A DNA stretch of 64,000 nt from Takakia lepidozioides (Eukaryota > Plantae > Bryophyta). The position numbers were made by a program, and so were the translations under genes. The notes beneath the pieces were generated by a model. That model was not told the origin of the DNA. It saw only the letters and a list, made by a program, of their open reading frames with translations, and made no database searches. Below, one piece after another: positions 25,020 through 36,065 of the stretch. Within the stretch, counting starts at the first letter, position 1. Each line of letters opens with the position of its first letter. The DNA is taken from NCBI GenBank assembly GCA_030704615.1, contig CM060731.1, positions 31,744,001-31,808,000 of the forward strand, given 5' to 3'.

Positions 25020-25113
25020 TGTCGTGCGCATACATATCGCTACACAACTACATCGCTGTCCAAACCACACCACACATATATGCATAATAAAGTAGTCTGC
25101 CACAATCGCCCCC
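25020..25113 (-). repeat. Terminal repeat B1, beginning in a G-run (putative PPT AGGGGGG)
   Basis: Direct repeat of B2; joined to A2 through GC in TTGACA-GC-TGTCG. Confidence 0.93.
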
Positions 25114-25363
25114 CTAGCTGGTGGATAGGTCCCTCTATCTCGAGATAGCTACAAGATGTAATAGCCACAGCCGTACTAAGTCCTCTATCACTGTCCCTAT
25201 TGCACTCAAACCTATAGACCAAGAGGCCGGGTACAAGAGTAGCCCCATCGTTAGTCGCCGTCTTGCAATCTGTGAACTTGAGCCAGGACCTCGTGTGTTC
25301 AAGGTCTCCTAGTAGCTGGGCCTTGCGTTTCTTGTTAGCCTTCCATGGTTGTATCCACTCCCA

Positions 25364-26800
25364 CTATCCAATGCAATGTGGACATAACCAATCCCCATCC
25401 GGAACCATCTCAAGAGGTGGAGTCAAGCATCCCATATGCCAACCTCTAGAGCATCGATCACACATCAGCATGGTGGCTGCCCCTCTAGCAGACCCACACA
25501 ACATGCACCTCAAACCTGCAGATACCACTGCCAAGTTTGGGTCTATCCTGCCATCAACATTCGGAAGGTGACATGGCGCACAATTACGCACATGGTCCTT
25601 CCAAGTTATGCCATCCCGACCCTCCAAGACCAAGACGCCTGAGGGCAAGACCTCTCGAACCCTCAAAATAACACGTCCTGCAGTCACATCCAAGGTCGTA
25701 GGAGCAGTCTGCTGCAGATAGACGTAGTCACCAGGGTTGAATCTCCGAACCCCAGGACGATAGCCCCCACCACGTATGGTAGCATACCTCAACGTATCAC
25801 GGTGTTGTGCAATGGCAAGGTTCTCAAAAGCCATTGACATGACTTTCTTGAATAACTCTGCACGCTGCTCACATGCACGTGCCCACACATCGGGATCGTC
25901 AAGGTTAAGAACTATAGCAGCTCTCTGCGAATGGATGTAGGCAAATCCGGCTCTCGGCCAAAGAGAAGAAAGTATGGTGAGAAGGAGGCAAGTGATGCTT
26001 GCTTGCTGAACCTGTAGCCCATGGCTAACCAGAGTAACTGAAGGTCCCAATCTCCTAGGTGTCCCTTCTGCAAGCCATACTTGCGCAAACCCCTCTTTAC
26101 TGTCTGAACAACTTTCTCTGCCAAGCCATCGGCCTCAGGATGATCCCGAGAAGTGGTGCGGTGGTCTATCAAGGCCTTGTCACACAAAGCTTGAAACTCC
26201 CCCAATAACTCTCTCCCTTGGTCCGTGAGTACCTCAGCTGGAGCACCGAATCGGCTAAGCACACAATCCAAGAATGCATACGCAGCTCCCTCACTAGCCT
26301 TATCAGGCAATGGAACCAATTCAATCCACTTGGAGAAGTGCTCCACCATCACCAACACGTACTTGTTGTGGCGCATGGTCAGTGGCAACGGCCCTACGAA
26401 GTCAAGACTTCACTTGTAGCCCAATCCCATGATCGGAAGAGGGTGCAATTGTGGAGTAGGGGCATTGAATGAAGCAGGCACCCTGTCACACACCATGCAC
26501 CTAGCCACAAATTGTTGCACCTCTGTGTGCATACCACGCCACCAATACTGCCCCTGCAGTAGATTATGAGTGCGTCGCACCCCAAAATGCCCCAACTCCT
26601 CATGGGCATGCCGCACTAACCGTGCCCGCTGTGTTGGGTGAGGCACAATCCTCACTCGACCATCCTCCCACACTCGGAGTAGGTGTGTCCCCTCCCACTT
26701 GAAGCTCTTGGCTCGTTGTAGGATCCGATCCCTCTCCTTGGCAGTCATAGTGGCTGCAGTGTCTCCAGTGCGGAGGTAGTCCAACACAACTGAATCCTCA
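25364..26800 (-). pseudogene. Integrase (HHCC + DDE core) with C-terminal PHD finger
   Basis: HEELGH...CMVC; SLDFVGP, VLTDQG, GLAEK; PHD CMLC...CDRC...HMGC...WLCPHC at ~25370-25505; stop and frameshift present. Confidence 0.92.
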
Positions 26801-26988
26801 TGTATATCTTTGGCGCCACCTTGCTCATTGCTGGCCTCAGGGTCCTCAGACACTTGATCTACAGTCATCCTTGTTGCACGTCCAACCTGGCCTTCCGCTG
26901 CCAAGATACATAGAAATGCAGATGCATGCCATCCGGGCACCATCTCCTCGTCCGTCTCACCATGCCACCGAGCTCCAGTGTCATCCTG

Positions 26989-28390
26989 CTAGCTCGTGCA
27001 TGGATTGCGACTCAACCCATCTGCATTGCGATTGACCAAACCCGGTCGATGCACCACCTGAAAGTCATACTTTTGAAGGATGAGTGCCCACCGTGCAAGC
27101 TTCCCCGTAAGCTTGTCTGACTCCATCAACCACTCGAGTGGTTGGTGATCCGTGACAAGGGTGAAAAGATTGCCGTATAGATAGCACCTGAAGTGTGTCA
27201 CGGCCCACACTGCAGCTAAGCATTCTTCCTCATATGAGCTATACTTAGACTCAGCAGCATTGTTCGAGCGGCTAGCGTAAGCCACTACGAACTTTCTTCC
27301 CTCATCATCCACCTGTGTGAGCACCGCTCCAAGCCCCAGCATGCTCCAATCTGTATGCAGCTGAAAAAGACGCCCCTAATAGGTAGGTCGTCTCAAGATG
27401 GGCGCCGAGGTCAACCTCGCCTTGAGCTCTTGAAAAGCTTGTTTCTTGCTCATCTTCCCACTGCCACTCCCTGTCCACCTTGGTCAGCTTGGTTAGAGCC
27501 TTTGCAATGGCACTAAATCCCTTAACAAACCGTCTGTAATAGTTTGCTAACCCCATGAAAGCTCGAACTCGGCTCACATCCGTGGGGCGTGGAACCTGTG
27601 CAATGGACTCTACCTTAGTCTGTTGTACCCCCAATCCTCCAGGATATATCATGTGACCCAGATACTCAATCTGGTTGTGGAAAAACTTGCATTTTCCCGG
27701 ATGTAACTTCAATCCGTGCGTCCTCAAGCGCTCAAATACCCCCTGAAGGTGTCTCTCATGCTCCACCACCGTAGCACTAAAGATGATGATGTCATCTATG
27801 TAGCACCGAGCAAACTCCACCCCTGCTAGAATCTTGTCCATGACTCATTTGAAACTCAGCAGGAGCGTTTTTAAGCCCAAATGGTAAGAACCGCCACTGG
27901 TATAGGCAATCCTTCCCGTGCTCATTGATCCCCCAGAATGTCGTCTTTTGCTTATCCGCCTCCTTGATCGGCACTGGTGATATCCGGATCGTAAATCCAA
28001 CGTGCTAAAGACCTCGGAATGCCCAATGGCATCAAAGATCTCCTCTGGTGTCGGCATGGCATACTTATCGGACTTGGTCTGACGATTTACAGGCCGGTAA
28101 TCACCGCACATACGTCTCTCTCCGTCCAATTGCCATAGACATCCTTCTTGGCTGGCATCACTGTGGCTGAAGCATACTCTCCACCAAAGAGCTCCACCAA
28201 ACCTGCCTCCCAAGATCTGAGTTCTCATCTGAATCAAGGACCTCTCCATGTCACTGTATCTATAGGGTCTCCGAAAGATTGGCGTGTCAGTAGCCAATTC
28301 AATGCGAATCTCTTGACCCTTCAGTGCTCCCAAGTCCTTCAAACTGAAGGCAAAGCAATTCTTGTAAGCCCTCAGGAACCGCCGCATACG
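26989..28390 (-). pseudogene. Gypsy-type reverse transcriptase and RNase H
   Basis: RMCGDYRPVN, LDLRSGYHQ, LPFGLKNAP, YIDDII, GLANYYRRF, VAYASR, TDHQPL, ADGLSR; multiple frameshifts. Confidence 0.95.
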
Positions 28391-28789
28391 TCGTCTCTCT
28401 CCTCCGGTAACAATGGGTCCAATGTCAGGCTCCCAATTGTCCTCCGTAACTGCAACCTTAAGTCCAGTGGGCTTAGAGGTAGAGGACGCGTCCCGTGGTT
28501 GCTATGCTGCAACCTCTTGAGCAGTACTCCCTTCCTGCTCAGTCAATGACAAGGCCTCATCCTACCCCATCATCTCATCATTGAGAACCTCCTCAACCCG
28601 AGAAGAATCCCCAACCTCATCCATCACAGCTGCCTTGGCTGCCAACTCCCTCTGGACCTCGAGCACCTCCCACGTGTGCCATGGATGTCTACACCCATGG
28701 TCCTCACCGGCTCGCCCCCACTCGCTGCCTGTACCGTCTCGGTAGGCAGAGAGACCGTCAAGGGAAGTGCACTCCGCACTCTACGTTGC

Positions 28790-29760
28790 TCAGCCATAGC
28801 CAAGCTGATAATCCAGGTCAAGCAATTGAGATCCATTGCTTGCCCCAACACCTGACGACGTGATGCCTCAGAAAGAGAAGGCACCGCCGTGGTCCCAGTG
28901 GAAAACCCCATAGCCCGCTCTCGCTCGTCGGCATTAGGCTCCACTAACTGTTGCAACTGAGCATCCCACAGGAGGCCAGGTCCACCATCCCGAAAAGCAT
29001 GGGATCCTGGGAAGCTGAGCAGTGTAGGTAATGCTGCTCGTGGTTGACCCACCCTGTTGACCACTGCCAAAGGCGAACGGTCATCGTGTCTCACACGTTG
29101 AGACTGCCTCCCCGTGTCCAAAATGCTGTCCACGGTATGAGTGTGTTGGCCGCTGCACCCCATCAAATGCACGCTTGAGCAGTGCGGGTGACATCAAGTT
29201 AGTCCACCATAGCCGTGGACGATGAGCCCGTGATCCCACTGCAGCTGCATCCAGCAGCACTGCTGACCCAAGCCACGACTGGACTTGATGCACACTGGCC
29301 ATCACCCTGGCCCGAGAATCGCCCATCAGTGGCACATTCTCCAAGATATATGCTGGCGATACAGCTTGATGAAGCTGCAAGTGGCGCAAAATCCGCACCA
29401 TCTCCCAAAACAGACCCGTCCTCGAGTCTCGCAATCCATTGTCATGCCCGGCTGATGAATGCCCTTGGCAAGGCCAACCTGCCACTACCAGATCAATGGA
29501 GCCAACCTGCTCCAAATCCGGCGCCCCCAGCAACGAAATGTCTGCTGGCAAGGCTTGTTGGTATCCACGAACTGCAGACACTGGCAACAAAGCAGGGTAC
29601 TACTGTACCAACTGAGCAACATGGCGCAGTGAGACGCGTCGTGCAGTCTCATCCCTCTCCACATACAGGTAACGCCTTACCCGCACACCTGCCTGTAGCA
29701 CAGCAGCCACGCCGGTGCTGATCCCGCCAAACAAGTCCAGAAGGCAAATGCCTTCATCCG
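28790..29760 (-). pseudogene. C5-cytosine DNA methyltransferase domain (DNMT3-like motif wording) embedded in pol
   Basis: Motif I LDLFGGIS, II YVE, IV AGWPCQGHS, VI ILENV, VIII HRPRLWWTNL, IX ERERAMGF..GTT, X RRQVLGQAMD; one stop (29600) and one frameshift (~29150). Confidence 0.92.
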
Positions 29761-29893
29761 GATACTGCCACATAATAGGTGTGGTATCAAATGGTGACAA
29801 CTGAGGTGGTCCTGGTGCAATACCCGCACTCTCCTCCTCTCCTGACAGTACAAAAGCCTCTATCCAGGCTTGTTGCACCCGTCGATCAGCAAC

Positions 29894-30847
29894 CTACTGC
29901 AAATCCTTGCTCGTACCCCACAATGGAGTGTGAGCAACCATGGCAGGCAACTCCGCCATACCATGCATGTCATCCTGCTCTGCTGGAGGTGGCACATCCT
30001 CTGCATGGGCTTTGTCTTCTAGCAACTCTCCAGGCCAACTAACTGCAGCTGTAAAGGCGGCTAGTGTTAGCATCTTGCCCCGTTGGGCAGCCGCAATACC
30101 CCCAATGAATGTCACAGGGAGCTGTGCACGACGACCATCCCCTGACTGCCATCCAGGCATGTAGAATGCTGACTCCTCCCAAAAGTCCAAGGTGAAGTCC
30201 ATGGGGTATAACACTGCCCCACCAACAAGGACATCGTAAGAGACCGCGTCTGTCACAATGGCCTTGGCTCGCATTACTGAGCCATCGATAGGATGATCCG
30301 GCTGCAGTCTAATGGCCAACTGATGCCGTGTCATGCCCTGAGCCTGCTCTGATCCTCCCAGAGATGTCTGTATCTGGAAAGGACAAGGCTCCATATCCGC
30401 CTCTATGAGGCCCAAACCTACAATAGAATCTCTGCCCAACATCAGTGGCTGAGCTCCCGAGTCCAACAAGACCCGCAGTGGCCGGTACTTCTTGCCTGCC
30501 GGTCCACTCAAAGAGAAAATGCCATCCTGGTTGTCTAACAAGACAACTCCATGTGTCACCATGGCGCGCTCAAAGGCTGGCCTAGCTGGCAGCTCCGTCA
30601 ACCTGGCAGCTGCAGCTTGCCAAGGCGCAGCCGTGGCAGTCTTGACGCTCAAATCCGAGGATCCCTCTGCCACTACACCTTCCACTAACTTCGCAGAAGA
30701 TAAAGTGACCTCCCCACTCTCACAGAGTGTTGCTGCTAGTCTGAACACTGCAGCTGGTCTTACCCCCGACGTCGCAATCATGGTTGCCGAGAACAATGGG
30801 GCTTGGCACACAGAGGTGGCTGCCCCCAACAACACACACGGCTGCAC
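29894..30847 (-). pseudogene. Aspartic protease region of pol
   Basis: RVLLDSGAQP active site and YDVLVG motif. Confidence 0.8.
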
Positions 30848-31049
30848 TAGCTTTGGTAGCAGGTGTCAGTGCTGCACGTGTAGCTCTCCCAATGGCATAG
30901 TAACCTCCGCCTCGGTAACAGTCGGGCGAGAACTAGGTGCCATGGATGACGTCGACACTGTCTCCGCCAATGTAAATGATTGAGGAAGCCTTGCCTGACA
31001 GCTTGCCTCCCCATGTTGTGGATCCAATTCCACCTGTGCACCTCGTGGC

Positions 31050-32671
31050 TCAGGAACTCGTGATGCTCCTCGAGTCACGGCTACAACAGACTCCACCTAG
31101 TAGTGCTGCTGCTCCGCACATGAATCCCATGCCTCCCATATCTCCCCCCTCAGGAGCAGGAGGTGGACCATCCCGCCTGGGAGCCGGTACCGCCTGAGCT
31201 GTAGCCATAGCAGCGAGCCTCTGCTCTAGCTGCTGAAGCCGGTTGGCCATGCCTTGGTCAACACCCTGACCTCCGCGTCCTTGGCCATGCTGAGCTTGCC
31301 CTTGGCCTGCACCTCGTGCCCGACCACCTCGTCCTCTCTGGGCTGGTCCACCTCGCCTCCGGCCACCATTGTTCCCTTGGAACTGGCCTGGGCGCAACTC
31401 AGGATGCAAGTCATACACTGGGCATCTCCATGCCCATACTTGCCACAATGCCTACACTGCAACTGTGCAAGCTGTGCTTGTGCCGGCCTTCTGCCATTCT
31501 CTAGGCAATCTCTTTTGACATGGGGTCCTCCACATGTCCAACATATCACCCCTGGTTGCTGTTGGCCTGCAAAAGATGCCACGGGCCTCTGCACCTGAGG
31601 TCCCCTGTAAGCTCCATGGAACTTGGGCTGGGCAACCTTGCCCCCCTGACCACGCTGTTGGGCAGTCCCTTGTGCCTGTGGGCTGGCAACTACGCCTCGT
31701 GCAGGCATGTCCTTGCCAAATCCAATGGTAACAACTCGCTCCTCCACCATGTTGAGCTCAATCCGCTCAGCCAGCAGAAACACATATGCTAATGTGGGTT
31801 GGGCTGCTTGTAACAAGGTTGCATCTCGCACCCTTCTCTTGAGCTCCTTGTCCAGAATTCCATACCCAAACTGGATTGCCTGAGCTTCAGTAACCCCTTG
31901 GGTCACACTTATCAAGCGTCTCATATGAGTGTACGCCTCTCGCAGGCTCTCACTGGGTTTGCGCTGGAAGTCTTGCAAACTTCGCAACTTCTCAATCCGC
32001 ACACCTTGGTAGTTCCTCCGCAACTCCTGGAAGAACTCCACCACCGGGCTGAATCTAGGCACATGTGTTGTAGTCGTGGGAGGATAAGTAGTAGCACCAT
32101 CTCCAGAAGTACTGGCACTACTAGTGCTAGCCGTGGGAGGTATTGGTGCTGATGCCGCTACTGGTCGTGTTGTTCCTCGAGTAATGGAGACGTAGTCAGG
32201 TGACCAATACATCCTCCACTCCTCAATTTCTGCTTCATGTCCTCGCCTGAATTCGTGGTAATCGTCCATAGGTGGGCCTTCCAAATGCTGGAACAATCCC
32301 TTCCACGCCATGAATGGGATGAACAGCTGTGGATTGCGCATCTGCTGCAAATCACACCAACTGTCAAACTCATGGCTTAAGTCATCCAGCTCGATTGTGC
32401 CCACAGCTCCAGAGTACCTACGAGGCCCCTTGGTAGCTCCATACATCTCCTCCATGTCGTCCCACAACAATGGCGAAGAAAACTGCACACTTGTTGATGA
32501 AACCTCCGGGTCTGTGTCAGACTCTACAGTAGTTGAGGGTGGCGGTGAAGGTGGTCTGAACCGAATACCTCGTTTTGTGAACCCACTCTCACTGTTACTG
32601 CCTGTAGCCGTACTCCTCTCAAAACCCTTGGGTAACTCCGTGATGACACTCACAATGTGCACCTCCTCCAC
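31050..32671 (-). pseudogene. Gag with two zinc knuckles and an R/G/Q-rich tail
   Basis: Retrotrans_gag-like FQRKPSESLREAY; CWTCGGPHVKRDC and CRHCGKYGHGDAQC; frameshift near 31420. Confidence 0.8.
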
Positions 32672-33189
32672 GTGACACTATAAGGCTCTAGTACTAATCT
32701 ACTAGTGACACGGGTGGGCACCTGTTGCGTCTAAGGGTCATATCCCAATGGCTCAGGGCACCTGCACCTGCATCCACCGCAAGAACTCCTATGGTTGGCT
32801 GGTCATCAACCCAGCCTCACCATAGAAGAAACACTGGTGGTCTTGCTGGTCATCACTCCAGCCTCACCACCGACAGCATACTCTAGGATTGACCGGTGAT
32901 CAAATCCGGCCTAATCCCTATGAAAGCAAGCGCCCACACAAAACCAACATGACGCACAGTCAAGCATGCAGGTGTTGGGGGGGATCCAAACACAAGAAAT
33001 CAAAACACCAACACCCCCACACCAAAATCCAGCTGCAATGCTGATCCTGCAGAATAGCCCAGCCCAAAACCCCGGACTGACTGGCCTCCACCAAGAGAGG
33101 CTTTGGCAACTACAAGTACAAGGTAATGAAAATAGTACAGAGATGGAGGGGAAGAATAGAAGCCCGACCAAGCAAGATCTAATCTTGAT

Positions 33190-33939
33190 CTATGCTATCA
33201 ACTGCCAGACTTCTCTCAAAGTGCCTCGCTCTGCATGATGGTAAGGTGTAGGAGGTATATCTATGTCCAGAAACCTGCCACTAACCTTGTCCCAAGCTAC
33301 AGTAGCTCGCTCTAACCAACCCTCCTCCTCTTTCTGCCAGGTAGAGACAAAGCAACACTCTGTTATCTCCCGCTCACTGAACACTAAAGAAAACAAAGGT
33401 AGGGTCTGATAGTCTCTCAACTCGAAAGCTTCGAGACGGTTGCGGGTGTCCTCATTGCGAATGACTGCATCTCCTTCAAACAGAACAAACTTGTCCTCGC
33501 TAATGAACCCCCGCTCGTGGTTGCCATGTGCAGAGCGTGTCCGGCTGCAACGCTGTCTGATTGCACAAACTTGTGTAGCTCCTGCTCCTCTACTCCAATA
33601 CATCACAGCCTTGTGGCTGAACACCTTGGTCCCTGGGGCTGTCTTTGGCTGTGTTCCAAGCCTAGCTTTCACCCACTTTGGTATTTCACCTACAGCTGCA
33701 GAACTGCTGGCTCCAACAGAGTTCTGATTGTCCAAAGCGCTATTGAGGCCCTCAACGCCAACTATAGCAGACTGTTGTCTACTGCTAATGCCTGACTCCC
33801 AGTATGCAATCAACTCGTCCAACTGTTCTCCACTCAAGTCAGTATGAGTTCCTTGAGAAACATAAATCCTGTCCCCTTGTGTGCACAGGCTAAGAGAAGA
33901 GACCTGCCCTTCAATTACGTCCTCATTTCCCCCAGCCAT
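33190..33939 (-). CDS. Extra ORF upstream of gag, 249 aa, unknown function
   Basis: ATG-to-stop intact ORF co-oriented with gag-pol inside the element; no recognisable motif. Confidence 0.5.
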   Translation of the reverse strand: MAGGNEDVIEGQVSSLSLCTQGDRIYVSQGTHTDLSGEQLDELIAYWESGISSRQQSAIVGVEGLNSALDNQNSVGASSSAAVGEIPKWVKARLGTQPKTAPGTKVFSHKAVMYWSRGAGATQVCAIRQRCSRTRSAHGNHERGFISEDKFVLFEGDAVIRNEDTRNRLEAFELRDYQTLPLFSLVFSEREITECCFVSTWQKEEEGWLERATVAWDKVSGRFLDIDIPPTPYHHAERGTLREVWQLIA

Positions 33940-34904
33940 ACAAGGAGGACATCCACAGATTTGTCTCTCATATAGACCAGCACAGGTTCTAGAAACAGAA
34001 TTGTGGATCTTTCATGGCACACTCACACTCTAAAAATTCCATAGATTTTTAGCAGAGTCCTAAAAACAAAAAACCAGGTCTAGATAAGTAGATTTCCCCT
34101 TTCTGCAGCTATCCCTCAAAAACTGGGTCAAACAGAGTCCATTTGACAAAGATATGACCAATTTGGCTTTAAATCATTTAAATTAGATCAAAAGGCTCTG
34201 TTTTTTTTTTGTTTTTTTAAATTTAAAATGTTTTCAAATTTAAAAATTTAAAGTTACACCCAAACTATCTGGTAACTGGTTCCCGGTTCCCTACGTTCTA
34301 TATGGTTTCTTAGGTTCCCTGGCCACGTGCCCGATAATTCCTAGGATTTCAGTTGTGTTTACAAATGCACCCCCCACAGCTCTTGGTTACCAGTGACTTT
34401 CTAGTGACAGCACACCTTGCTCCAGTCTTCTGCATACTGAGAATGAGAGGGAGAGAGGGAGGGAACTGTGGCACTCAATAGTGTCTTGCTGTGAAAGAGA
34501 GTGGTGTCAACATTCCGTGATTGCTTGCAGGCTTGCGCACCAAGAGAGGGGGAGGAAAGACATGTTTATGGATGTCATGTACAGGCGAGGGGTCACTCAC
34601 AGTCTGTTCGAGGCCTTGGTGGCTAACGATAAACTCACTGAGGAGGATTACCAGCAGGAAGCACTGGACTTTGTGCTGGAGCTTGTGGGTCCCCGGCCCA
34701 TTCCAGTTACGGGGGAGAAAGCCCTGGCTCCTGACCAAGAAGTGCTCCCCGTGAAGTGTGTCCCCTCTTTCTGTTGCCGCTCCCCTTATCTGTCCGCAAG
34801 CTGTTCTAACCACCTAACTAATTAACCGTCATCCCTGAAGTAACACGTTCCTTCTGCAGATGTCGTTCCCTCACAGTTGTTCCCTGCCAATGATAATTGT
34901 TCCC

Positions 34905-35040
34905 CATGTACTGTGACAGGCTGTGTCAAGCTGTGCCGAGCTGTGACTGGCTGTGTTAGGCTGTGTCGGCTGTGTCGGGTTGTATCGGGCTGTGTTGGCT
35001 GTGACGGGCTGTGGCGACTGTGACTGGTTGTGTCAGCTGC
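34905..35040. repeat. Low-complexity (G)CTGTG-based 9-10-bp repeat array
   Basis: About 13 degenerate copies of GGCTGTGTC/GACTGTGAC. Confidence 0.8.
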
Positions 35041-35122
35041 AGGATGGAGACGACGGGTTTGGGAACGGCGGAGCCGAGCTACGCTGGGGAATGTGAACTG
35101 CTTACTGCAGGGAAGTGGGTGT

Positions 35123-35377
35123 ATGGGAGCATTCGAGTCCATGGATGCAACACCGCTTGATCAGATCATCAACAATGCAATTGACTGGAGTTTCCGTAAG
35201 CAGAATCCAGAGGGCTATTGGGCGGGCCAGGTCGAATCATGCTGTACAATGGAAGCGGAGTGGATTCTGGCTATGCATTTCCTGGGCGTTACAGATGACC
35301 CAAATAAAGAAAAAGTCGTGCGCTGCATTCGGAGCCTCCAAAGAACTGACGGATCCTGGGACACTTATCATGAAGCT
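35123..35377 (+). pseudogene. shc: Squalene-hopene cyclase, N-terminal piece 1
   Basis: AIDWSFRKQNPEGYWAGQVES..TMEAEWIL...LQRTDGSWDTYHEA (QW repeats). Confidence 0.88.
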
Positions 35378-36065
35378 CCTTGTTTATCACTCGAGAGAGA
35401 TGATCTCTTACCTGTGAGTGCAAGGTAGGAGTTGAGGGTTAGCACTTGCAAGATTACCTGTGTGTAAGTAGTGCTTAGTTTGAGAAGCATATCATTGAAT
35501 GTGACCACAAGATTCAGCGTGCCCTGAAACGCCTGGAGGATGACGATGCCGGAGCCGCCACTGTTATTGCAGTCGCTGAAGCTACCAAGTCACCAGAGGT
35601 TTTGGAGTACACAAGGAGAGACTTAAAAATGCAGCAGCAAATGCTAGTTGGCACCTATGCGTGATCCTTGAAGCTGGATGATCGTTTCCCCAGTAAGCTT
35701 ATAGAGGAGCCTGCCGTTGCAATTGTTTCTTGTATCGGGGTCGGTCCTAGACCAAAATTTAGCTTCAGCTTCTTTGTCAATCATTTGCTTCGATCATGCG
35801 AGAGCGCCATGCAGCGGGTTAAGGGGCAGGGCTATGGAGCAGAAAAGCGGCATCCTCTTCGCAATGCGCAGAGGACGGAGTTCCTTGCATATGGTTGCTA
35901 TGGAGCCTCGCCAACAGCAGAACTTTGCGCTTTCCATTCTTGGGGTTGCTGCATTGTATGCGCCCTAGGATCCGGGCTTGGAATTGTCTTCTGACCAATT
36001 CAGCAGAAACGAACGACGAACGTACTTTGGCCTGATTCCCTACAGTAAGCAGGAGATATATAGCT

